64,000 bases of DNA from Setoptus koraiensis (Eukaryota; Animalia; Arthropoda): the NCBI GenBank assembly GCA_048013815.1, contig CM106586.1:19654001-19718000 (forward strand), read 5' to 3'. This document shows positions 43,908 to 54,067 of the stretch, piece after piece. The notes under the pieces are model-generated. The model saw only the letters and a program-made list of their open reading frames with translations. It searched no databases and was not told where the DNA came from. Both the position numbers and the translations under genes were made by a program. The number at the start of each line of letters is the position of its first letter. Positions within the stretch are counted from its first letter, which is position 1.

Positions 43908-45697
43908 ATTCCTCTGTTTTCAAAAGTTGAAATCGTGAATATTCAGATCATTTCGTATCATTTTTCTGTTTATATGGCAGAAAAAGTCAAGATTTTGTGT
44001 TTTCTCATAAGACGTAACTATGTAGGTTTGCTTATACGCGAATCTTCAGAGTTTTGTTATCAACAGAAAAATTTCGAAATTCAACTGCCTAGTGATCATA
44101 CAAAAGTGGTCGGTTGGGTAATACAAGTGGGATCTCTCTAGCTGCTGAGTCGCTTTTTAATATTGCCTATCCTTTATTTGAGAACTTTTTATGTCCGCTT
44201 CTACTTTTGCTGAGGTGCCAGTTGTCATGGCAAACAGTGGTGATGTCTAAATAACAATAATCGAGCTTAATCAACCGGTGATCACTTTACATTTTTCGCG
44301 CACGAAGCGATTGAGAATCTAGATGACAGATAAACAACAGACTTTACGCGCTAACAACTAATCTGAGATTCATCTGTCAACTACTTTTATCATTAGACTT
44401 TCTGCAAATCTCACAACAATGAATGATTTGCGATAACAGACTTCGCATGTCCATACGAGACGCCATAACTAAACAGTAGACATGTCTCGAAATATATTTT
44501 AATCCATGTTGCAGTAATAACATAAAATTCACAGTCGAGATGGCACAAAATTCCTTCAGGGTCTTGGTTTTGCCAGCGAATTTGGACAGCGAATAAAATA
44601 GTGGTTTTTATTGAGTGAACAAATCGCATTTTTGCCCTTCACCATTTCAATCTCGCTGTATTCTCGAATCTTTGTTTCTGGAGATCAGTTCAGAGAGATC
44701 ATCGGAATGTAGTAGCTTAAATAACAGACTAGATTTTCGAACTCGTGCCACCTATGCGCTAACTGAAAAAGATCCATGGCCTTTGATGTTCTGATCTTGG
44801 GAGTTGCCCAAATAGTTGGGCGATATCTCTTGGTTTCCCTATTAATATGATATCAAATATGGATCGAGACAACGAATACTCATTGTGACCTATTGGCAAT
44901 GTTAACACCCGAAATGCTCATGCAATTGAAACATGTCATATGAGCCAGCCAACACTTGACATAGAGAGAATACTGCTGAAAGAAGTAGATCACTCTTAAC
45001 CAGCATTGTCGATACGAAATATAAACCGAACTGAACAATAAGTCATGTGTTAAATTGTCTCATGACAATGATCTGTTTCAGCATGAAACGACTAGATATT
45101 CAGTGATTCTAATGTACCGAAGGATGGATATTTCTCTTTGTCTTGCTTGATCTCGAAGACAAATCCGTTTTGTGAAAAAAAAAAACTCATCATAAGCCAA
45201 CTCTGAATACTTAGCAGAAAAAAGCTTGTTATGGTCATCAGATCTTTTTCATGACTTACGTAACTTTGCAGCCTATGAGTCATGGCAAGATTCTGAGGAA
45301 ATTCCAAGTTGCATTGTTACAAAAGTTCGCCACTTGTGCGAGAAGTTTCTCCTTAGAATAATGTTTGCAACGAAACATGAGAGGGCGCTTGTGATGACTA
45401 AAGTAAACAACGGAACAGTTACGTTGACACATTTGTGTGCACTTATAGCGCCCCCTTCAGTAATTGTGCTGAAGTAGACCTAATGGCTATACTTTAGTAT
45501 TGCGATGTTCAAAAATATGCAATCGCATGACAAATGCAGCCTCTGGATCAGAAACATCACAAAGAATTCAGTTAAAGGCTAGTTGGCCTGTTTACTTATC
45601 TATTATTACAATCATTTTTGTTACCACCAAGTTCTGTGTCGTCATACGACATCATACAGAAATCAGTGAGAATATTTGACACATTGATAATGTAAAA

Positions 45698-48600
45698 ATG
45701 GCGGCCGCTGAGAATCTAGGGATCAGAAACATTAATCAAGATCAGCAACAATTTTCACCTGATGTCATTCATTTTCAGAAACGAGTGGAGGATCTCATAG
45801 CATGGATCTTCGAAATGGAGGAGAGATTCTTAAAACGGTCCAGCACGCCATCTATTAAAGATTCGTCCTCAGAGGAGCTTCTCGATCAATACAGTGATCA
45901 TGAAAAACATATGACTGAATTGAGTCGATACAATTCCATTATTAACCAATGTCGCGACGACGGAGAAGCATTAAAAAACCGCCTTAAACCAGACGAGCAA
46001 CATGAAGTTGCTATCCAAATCAATGCTTTAATGAGTTGTTATGAAAAACTTAAAATCCTTTCAATAGAGAAGTTACAAAAACTACAGAGCTCATTGGAGG
46101 AACGACAGCAAAGTCAAATAGATAGATTTGATGAATGGCTTTCCTCTGTAGAGGGTTCGATAGCAAGTTCAAACATGATTGGACCAGATTATCAATCAAT
46201 CGAAGCTCAAAAGGAAGACTTGAAACGATTACAACATGAACTTGAAATGAAGCAAGAATTCTTGAATTGTATGTCAAAAATGATATTGGTGTTCGATGAG
46301 GTAGATCCTGAGTCATTGCAAATAAGAAGCATATCTTGTGACGATTTAGACGATCAGCTCAGTGACCTAAATCATCGATGGACAGAAGTGTGTGAATATG
46401 TAGATAAACGGGGCTATGAACTACGCAACGCTGAGTCAGCTTGGAGACCATTGTTAGAAGATGGAGCCAAACTATCGTCATGGATGAGACGTATTGAAAA
46501 TCGTCTCGAAGAGATGGAATCAGCCGCCAGAGACTTACAATCAGAACCAGAAGCACATTTTATTGATGAACTTCGCGAAAGATACTTAAAAATAGACTCA
46601 GAAATCAAGAATAAACAATTGGCATTTCGCAATCTAGAAACCAAGACTAGACAAGCCATCGACAAGTTTGATGATTCATGTTCTATGTTGGTAATAGAGA
46701 TTGAAAGGAAAATAGAGGACCTTCAGGATGCATGGGGCTCTATCATTTGTCGGCAGCGAGAGTTGCAGAAATATCTGCTAGGCGAAACTGGCGACTTTAT
46801 CAGCATTCCAATACCAGAACCAATAACATCCAGATATGATATTGACACAACTAGAGGAAGCTCCTTATCTCCAAGAGATATTTCACCAGACCCTAGAAAT
46901 AATTATCATAGCAATTCCAACCAATCGTCTTCCAATTCATCTTTCCATCCCACTAAACTGAGCAACTCAAATTTCAGTCAAGGAGATGCTCCGAATAATC
47001 ATCATGATTCTAGCTACCCAGGTTCTACTAATGATGTCTATAAGAACATAAACGATACTGAATCTAGAAACCACAGTCACCTGTCAGATGATGATATCCC
47101 AGAAGCTAACAGTACTTCTCCGAAACTTGACAGCTGTAGAGTAGAAGAATGGAAACATGCCCTCGAATCTTTCTCTTTATGGTTAAAACAAGTGGAAACT
47201 TCTCTGGGTGTCAATCAGGGCATTACAGAGGAGGGCTTGGAACCCACTTGGTCCAGATTATCATTGCATGACCAATCAGTTTTATTGGACGATATAGAGC
47301 AGCAAGTTGTCACAACTTGCCGCGATGAGTTTGACTGCCTAATATTACAAGGACAACAAATAATTGAAGACTTATCTCCAGAGATAGATGAAAATGATCT
47401 GGCAAATTTGCGAAGTATTTTGAACGATATCGATGATCGATGGAACTCTGTAAAACAATGCTTGATTGATAGACGCAAGGAGATATTCAAGAAAGATAGG
47501 TGGAATCATTTGCTAAAAAAATTAAGGGATCTAAATGGATGGCTAAAACAAAAAGGGGACGATCTGATGCCTGAATCAGATATTGGTGGTGATTTGATAA
47601 CTTTAGCTCAACAGCAAGATCATCTCATGCAAACCAAAGGAGACTTGAATGAAAACTCGTCATTCGAAGCTAGTCTAGCGGAAGCAAAATTATTTTTGAA
47701 AATATTCAATGACTTGGAACAAAAATCCAAATATAAATCTACTGAGTTAGATTGCATATTAGATTACGACATGAAAATGTTGAAGGAAGATATTGAAGCG
47801 GAAATGAATAAGCTTTCCTTCCACCACTCTGAACTGTCACAACAATTAGAGAACCGCATCTGTAGGCTCGATGAAGTTCACCGTGAGATGCACTCGTTAC
47901 AACAGCGAACACAAGAATTCGCTACAAAGTTACAAGTAGCAGAAATACTTAGATCGAATTGGCAACCTGTTGCTCTGTTGACTATTGATCAGCTCTCGGA
48001 ACAATTAGAAGATCTCAAGTTATTCCGGGAACGCTTGACCGAAATAGAAACTGTGCATAAGCAATTGAACGGAATCTTCGAATGGATGACAAATCTTCAA
48101 GTCCCCCTCAGTCAGGCCAACCTAAAACGACTTAGTGAACTGAATACTATTTGGAGTCTATTTATCATAGCGGTTGACGAAAGGCAAAAATCGATCGAAC
48201 AGGCTTTTGACAACCAAGGCTCCTCAGAGCAATCTTTTCTCGCCAATACTGTCAAGCACCCATGGGAAAGGAGAGTAGCAGCTAGTAAGGTTCCCTATTT
48301 TGTTGATCACAGCAGCGAAATAACAAATTGGGATCATCCAGCATTCTCAGAGTTGATGGCATCATTGAATGGCTACAACGATATAATATACTCAGCTTAC
48401 AGGACAGCCATAAAGTTGAGAGCTATACAAAAACGATTGGGTATAGATCTACTCATGTTGGAAACATTCCAAGAAATATTTGACGAGTTTGGCTTAAGAG
48501 CTAAAAACGAAAAATTGATTGGAGCTAATGAGATTATTAGGTGTCTCAAGATTATTTTCGAACGACTGCAAATGGACGAGAAGCGATCGCTAGATATGCC

Positions 48601-49276
48601 ACTTTGTGTTGATCTAAGTCTAAACTGGTTGCTCAACCTTTTTGATTGCACACGGACTGGTTACATCAGAATTCTATCATTCAAAATAGGTTTAACATTA
48701 CTTTGTTGCGCCACGAGAGAAGAAAAATGCTCTTACATGTTTCAGTTGGTTTCTAATCAGCAGGGTATAGTGGATGACAGAAAATTAGGTCTATTATTTG
48801 AGGATTGCATGCAGATACCAAGACTGCTAGGAGAGTTTGAAGCGTTCGGTGGTCAATCAGTGGTGGAAGAAAGTATAAGAAGCTGTTTCTCACAAGCGAG
48901 ATACAATCCACATCATCCATCGTCTATTGTTTTTGAAGACTTTTTTAACTGGCTTAGGAATGAGCCTCAATTTATTATTTGGTTACCAGTTCTCCATAGG
49001 ATAATAGTATCAGAAAAAGCATGCCACAATATTAAGTGTAAAATATGCCGCGTCTTTCCAATCGTTGGGCTACGATACCGATGCTTGAAATGTTTCAATT
49101 ATGATATTTGCCAAGACTGTTTTATGTTAGGTCGCAATCTATTGCATCATAAAAAAACAAATGGACATCCATTCCAGGAGTATTGGTCTGTTGCTAGCCC
49201 AGGTGAGAATGTTAGAGATATGACTAAGATATTGCGTAACAAATTGAGACCAAAGAATTTCATGATTGGCAACTGA
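45698..49276 (+). CDS. Dys: Short dystrophin-family protein: ~6 spectrin repeats, WW, EF-hands, ZZ; 1192 aa, single ORF
   Basis: WW PWERRVAASKVPYFVDHSSEITNWDHP; YSAYRTAIKLRAIQKRLGIDLL; PLCVDLSLNWLLNLFD..RTG.IR.LSFKIG; EPQFIIWLPVLHR; ZZ C..C...PIVGLRYRCLKCFNYDICQDCF. Confidence 0.92.
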   Translation: MAAAENLGIRNINQDQQQFSPDVIHFQKRVEDLIAWIFEMEERFLKRSSTPSIKDSSSEELLDQYSDHEKHMTELSRYNSIINQCRDDGEALKNRLKPDEQHEVAIQINALMSCYEKLKILSIEKLQKLQSSLEERQQSQIDRFDEWLSSVEGSIASSNMIGPDYQSIEAQKEDLKRLQHELEMKQEFLNCMSKMILVFDEVDPESLQIRSISCDDLDDQLSDLNHRWTEVCEYVDKRGYELRNAESAWRPLLEDGAKLSSWMRRIENRLEEMESAARDLQSEPEAHFIDELRERYLKIDSEIKNKQLAFRNLETKTRQAIDKFDDSCSMLVIEIERKIEDLQDAWGSIICRQRELQKYLLGETGDFISIPIPEPITSRYDIDTTRGSSLSPRDISPDPRNNYHSNSNQSSSNSSFHPTKLSNSNFSQGDAPNNHHDSSYPGSTNDVYKNINDTESRNHSHLSDDDIPEANSTSPKLDSCRVEEWKHALESFSLWLKQVETSLGVNQGITEEGLEPTWSRLSLHDQSVLLDDIEQQVVTTCRDEFDCLILQGQQIIEDLSPEIDENDLANLRSILNDIDDRWNSVKQCLIDRRKEIFKKDRWNHLLKKLRDLNGWLKQKGDDLMPESDIGGDLITLAQQQDHLMQTKGDLNENSSFEASLAEAKLFLKIFNDLEQKSKYKSTELDCILDYDMKMLKEDIEAEMNKLSFHHSELSQQLENRICRLDEVHREMHSLQQRTQEFATKLQVAEILRSNWQPVALLTIDQLSEQLEDLKLFRERLTEIETVHKQLNGIFEWMTNLQVPLSQANLKRLSELNTIWSLFIIAVDERQKSIEQAFDNQGSSEQSFLANTVKHPWERRVAASKVPYFVDHSSEITNWDHPAFSELMASLNGYNDIIYSAYRTAIKLRAIQKRLGIDLLMLETFQEIFDEFGLRAKNEKLIGANEIIRCLKIIFERLQMDEKRSLDMPLCVDLSLNWLLNLFDCTRTGYIRILSFKIGLTLLCCATREEKCSYMFQLVSNQQGIVDDRKLGLLFEDCMQIPRLLGEFEAFGGQSVVEESIRSCFSQARYNPHHPSSIVFEDFFNWLRNEPQFIIWLPVLHRIIVSEKACHNIKCKICRVFPIVGLRYRCLKCFNYDICQDCFMLGRNLLHHKKTNGHPFQEYWSVASPGENVRDMTKILRNKLRPKNFMIGN

Positions 49277-49533
49277 ACAAGTTAGATAACAATGTAGTGT
49301 TGATTTTTATAGAAATTTTGTAAGTACACAAAATGTACAGTTTGTAGGAGAGGGTTTTCCTCTTTGATCGAACTCTATTAATGCGTTGTCTAGACAAATA
49401 AATTAACTATAAGTAGGTCTGTAGATTAGACTTTTGTACATAGAAACACAGGGTTAGTAAGAGTTACTACAATAGATCCCACTAAAAGATAACATTATTA
49501 GGTCTTTGTTCATCTGTTCTTCATTGTTTGTTG

Positions 49534-50901
49534 TCAGGCATCGGAACAAGCACAATTGGGATTTGGCTGACAAGTATGGTTGGGTGTCCATGGGCCAGAG
49601 CTATTCTTGGCGTAATAGTCCATAGGGTAGTGGGAATCCAGATTGCACTCTGACTTTCCTTGGATGCATTCTGAGGTAGGAGAATTTCGTTGCGCAAACT
49701 TTTTGATACACTGACTAAACTCAAATGTATTTAGCAGAGGTACTTGAAAGAATGAGCCCCAGTCAATGCTCAAACGTGGACATGCTACTTGAACCCAGGC
49801 GTCGACATCATGAAAATTTTGAAGTGTATCTTGCACAACTTCGGGCAGTAAGACACGTAGCATTTTGCACTTGGTGTGAGCTTTCAATTGATTGCATAGT
49901 AGATCAAAGACTTTTTCGCTACCCTGACGCCCTAATGTGCCCAAAACTATGCCAAATGTTCCATTATTTTCCATCGCCTTGAGACCTAGATCGATTGCAC
50001 TCATCCTTTGTTGATACATTTCTTCAAATTTGTAATGCTCGCGTGTAAGCTTACGCGAATAAGGGTCGTACCTATATGATGGTATTTTGGGATTGGCTAT
50101 CATAAGTGCCTCCAGATGGAATCTACCATCGCAGATAAATATGATAGCTGTTATGTCACTGGATAATTTCGGGGCAGTACAACCCAATATCTCACCAGAA
50201 CTGAGAGGCCGAGACTGGGGTAGAGTAATTTGATAACCTAGACCTTTTAATTTACGGGATATGTCGTGCACAGAGGTCACAAATTGGATGGTAGAGGCGA
50301 TTGCTATTTGATGCTCAGATGGCTGAAAATTGTGCTGAATACATTCTACCAAGTGATCTAGATCGAATTTTATATCAACGAAAACATACAGAAATTTGAC
50401 GTCCTTGTTGAGATTATTGATTGGAACTAGACAAGAGTGTGCGTAGTGTACGATGAGATCACAATTCATGGATGAGGCAAGAAAGTCATCGATACAACAG
50501 GCCCCGTAAGTAAGATCGCCCATAGTTATACAGTCAACTTCATGTTTGTCTTTGATTCCATTAAAGTAAGAGCAGATAATGTCCACTATAGTGGGGCCAA
50601 ATCTAATTAATCCCTCGGGAAATTGCAATAGGACACGCTTGGATTCGTTGCATTTGATGCGCCAGATTGTCTTGTGGATTTCAAAGTTATAGTTCTTAGG
50701 CAGACCTGCCTTGATTAGGGCATTCAACTCACAATCATTCAGTATTTCGTCCGGTATGATGTTAATGTGACAAACGTTTGCAGTTTTCTTGGCCGCGACT
50801 ATACATTTTCTGTCTGCTACTGGCGCGGCCTGAAAAACACGTTCAGAACTTGATCTTGGCTCGTCGAGATTCTCGTGCTGTTGCTCAGGAAATTCGGTCA
50901 T
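49534..50901 (-). CDS. DPH1: Diphthamide biosynthesis protein 1, 455 aa, intronless
   Basis: LPKNYNFEIHKTIW, LQFPEGL, MGDLTYGACCIDDF, HYAHSCLVP, PLSSGEILGCTAP, DGRFHLE, LGTLGRQG, QVACPRLSIDWG. Confidence 0.95.
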   Translation of the reverse strand: MTEFPEQQHENLDEPRSSSERVFQAAPVADRKCIVAAKKTANVCHINIIPDEILNDCELNALIKAGLPKNYNFEIHKTIWRIKCNESKRVLLQFPEGLIRFGPTIVDIICSYFNGIKDKHEVDCITMGDLTYGACCIDDFLASSMNCDLIVHYAHSCLVPINNLNKDVKFLYVFVDIKFDLDHLVECIQHNFQPSEHQIAIASTIQFVTSVHDISRKLKGLGYQITLPQSRPLSSGEILGCTAPKLSSDITAIIFICDGRFHLEALMIANPKIPSYRYDPYSRKLTREHYKFEEMYQQRMSAIDLGLKAMENNGTFGIVLGTLGRQGSEKVFDLLCNQLKAHTKCKMLRVLLPEVVQDTLQNFHDVDAWVQVACPRLSIDWGSFFQVPLLNTFEFSQCIKKFAQRNSPTSECIQGKSECNLDSHYPMDYYAKNSSGPWTPNHTCQPNPNCACSDA

Positions 50902-51276
50902 CGCTTGGTAAATTTTTTCCGGCTACTTAAAATGAAATACCAATTGAAAAGTCGGATTGGACCAATTAGATAACAGTAATGTTTTTGTTACCACCTAAAA
51001 GTCACATGTATCATATTTGTGGATGTGGCGAGAAGCGTTCCAAACACGAGCTACAGTCACAAGATTGACAACTGTGACTCACGTTCATTTCTCATAGCGC
51101 CAAATTTAAAAAATAAAAAAGTCGTAATTCCAAGAAATGTCATCAGTTCAACTCTGTTGAAGTGGATAAATAAATTATTCGAATGTTGTGGATGGCGAGA
51201 CGTGCAAGATACACCGGTAAATAATCTCGGGGCCAGAAAGATTTATTAGAAAGTAGAATTGTACAACTTGATTCGT

Positions 51277-52334
51277 TCACTGTTTCGGATAGAGTACATC
51301 GTAGTGCCCTGGCCGATATAACAAGTGAATACGAGGTTTTAGTGGCGGATCCTGTTCCGGAAAGTCGTGGGCGTTCACAGAGTCCAAAGATGAACCTCTG
51401 TCCATATAGATTATTCTGGTACAAACATTTAAAGCCGATGTGATTGCTACAACATGTATGTGATCACTCTCTTTGTACATTGGTTCCACTTCCGTCTTAC
51501 AGAAATCCACAACACTTTGGTTACCTTCGATAAAATTAATGAAAGTTTCTTCATTTCGCTGAAGATAACCACTTGTGATTAGCCGAAAATAGACGACAAT
51601 ATAATCTGATGTTGCTTGGTCACAGAATGCCTCAAGTAATTGCTCCGGTGTGGATATAACATTCTCTTTGATCTTGGTGAGAACTTCCAGGAATACATCA
51701 TAGAAGTCCTCAATTGTGAATTGTAGAAATCCTAGTTTAATTAGGTCCTCTTTATTCGTTTTGACATAGTTTATAAATCTTTCTAGTTCTATTTTATCAT
51801 TGACAAGCGACTCAAAATAAGCAAATCCGAATGCCCTGAAGAAACAGTTGCCATCTGGCCTGGTGCGCCTCAGATATTGATACTTGTCAGAGAGGTTAGT
51901 GATTTTGGTTTGGTAAATAAGATCTTCAGGTTGATAGTCGTTTTTTAAAGCGAACACGGCCAGCATTGGGCTGACAATGGGATTGGTTTCGGCTATTTCT
52001 TTTTCTATCAATCGTTCCTGATTTCTTATAGCTTCCATTCTGTTTGTTTCGGGGTCTATTGTGCGTTGGAATAGCAATGAATGAAAATTATGAGGTTTGT
52101 GATAAGATAAATAGAGGCACACAATAGAGAGCACTACTCACCGCAATTCCAGTCACTGTCCTGGCCAGAACTAGTGGGCATCAATGGCTGACAATCGTCG
52201 CCCTGAGGCAGAGCGGGTAGTAATTCATTCTCAGCAAGTCCGTGGTACACGGGTTGCGGTTCAACTGTAGCACTGGGGTCCGACGAGCATGTGTTCGAAT
52301 CCTCTGGGCCATTTGAGCTTGTTTGTGGGTCCAT
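51277..52334 (-). CDS. OTUB1: Otubain-type deubiquitinase, 323 aa, 2 exons
   Basis: Exon 1 52334-52142, intron GTGAGT...TAG (52141-52056, phase 1), exon 2 52055-51277; RRTRPDGNCFFRAF, EVEPMYKESDHI, LLYRPGHYDVLY. Confidence 0.92.
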
Positions 52335-54067
52335 GTTGTCGTTCAAATACAAAAGTTGTCTAGGGGTGGGGGCTGATATTATCTGTCAGACAATTGTGAG
52401 TACTATTATTGTGGTCTTAAATGATAAATAGAGAGATAAAAGAGTCTATATTTGAAGTGTGGCTGTTAGCGGATTATTGTTGCCTGGCTAATGTCCATGT
52501 GTCGACCGGCGTTGCTAGAGGATGTAATGTATGTAAAATAAGCCAACAACAATATGTCTTTTTGGTGGTTGTTGGTGGTTGTTGGTGGTGGCAATAAAAA
52601 AGCGACCAAGATGATGAAGATGCCACATTCACTCTGTCGCGCACTGCCTGTCTGCTGGAATTCTGTTGTAATGTTCATCTGATCATCACAATACTGTGCC
52701 TGTTTCACATAATTACAATGTGCTGTGCATCAATATATAAGAGATGGTAAAAATAAAAACTGTGCTTCGTTTCCAGAACATAAAATATAGTCAAAAGATT
52801 TCGTACAAATTCAAGGCCCGGCGCACAGGATGTGGAACTGCGCTGCACACGATTTGTCGTCATTCACGTCTGCGCACGACGTGTTTTGCACTGACGTTTC
52901 CTCTCTTGGCCTGTACTTACTCACTCGCTCACTCACTCACTCATTAACTCACCTGTGCTCACCGGTATGCAAATTAGAGAACCCACTAACAACATGTTGA
53001 ATATTATGCAATTCTATAACGATTCAATGAGCGCTTTCGGCAACTTGTTGTCTGTCTTGTCGTTTTCACTCTATCCGGACGACACCATTTTTTAGATAGG
53101 AGGACTCGTAGCTTCATCTAACGAATGCCAACCGAGCCCAAACAGCAACAAACTCGCCTTTTTCGCGCGCTCTTCCGGTTGCGTCTCGCCGGCACGCGCC
53201 CACTGCCATCCGATTGCAGCTATTGAGCGGCTATCAAATATAGGATATAGGGGCGAATTTCGTGTCGAGGCCACGGGTTTCTTTGGAGCCGGTACAAGCG
53301 AGATGAGCGAGTGGTGGCCGTGCGAGAAAAATATCTGTCGGGAGACAAGTGGTTGTCGAGTAACATAATGTTTGTCGTTTATTGTTAAGTTATGGCAACT
53401 ATTATAGTAGTAGTCTTATACAGTCGGTGGTGCTTGTGAGCGATCTAGGCACGTTGGCGCCAACGCTGCTCTTGCGCGCTGCTATTATATCATGGTCTCT
53501 ACATATTACATAACACAATCTCTCATCATAAGAGTGTTGTTGTTGATGTCTTATCATCTGATTATTATCATCATTGTTGCATTCATTATTTGCATCATAG
53601 AGTAGTAGTGGAAAGAACAGAAGAAAAAAAAATTATAGGAAATCATCATCACAGTCTGCCAGATGCCGTTTGCTCACTAGAATGGCTGTGGTAACACATC
53701 TCGCTAGGACACTCAAGACCTTTTTGTTTCAGTTTAGTTACAAATCACCATTGGGTCACAGTTGTAAACTTGTTGGTTCGTCTCACAGTCGTATGTACAG
53801 TTGTGTGTCTCCTCGTTATTGACTCGATTGCTTGGCTAATCAATAGTGGCTAATTAATAGTGGCTCATTAACTGCTCAAAGGGCGACAACGGGGGCCATC
53901 AGTCATCGAGAGGTCACAGAGAGGTTTGGCGTCATTCTTTAATTTAATTACAGGCTCTCCGTCTGTCTGTCTGTCTGTCTCTGTCGAGCACCTTGAACTC
54001 TGGCTTCGTGCCGTGTTAGTTAGTTGATCACTGTGCGAGCCAGACGCTAGTGTCGGAAGTGTCGTTG

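Noticed and set aside
44900-45270. Dystrophin CH-domain exons (RNAHAI...LDIERIL; DLFHDLRN)
   Set aside because: Motifs are in the wrong order and spacing, and bounded by stops; not supportable as a feature.
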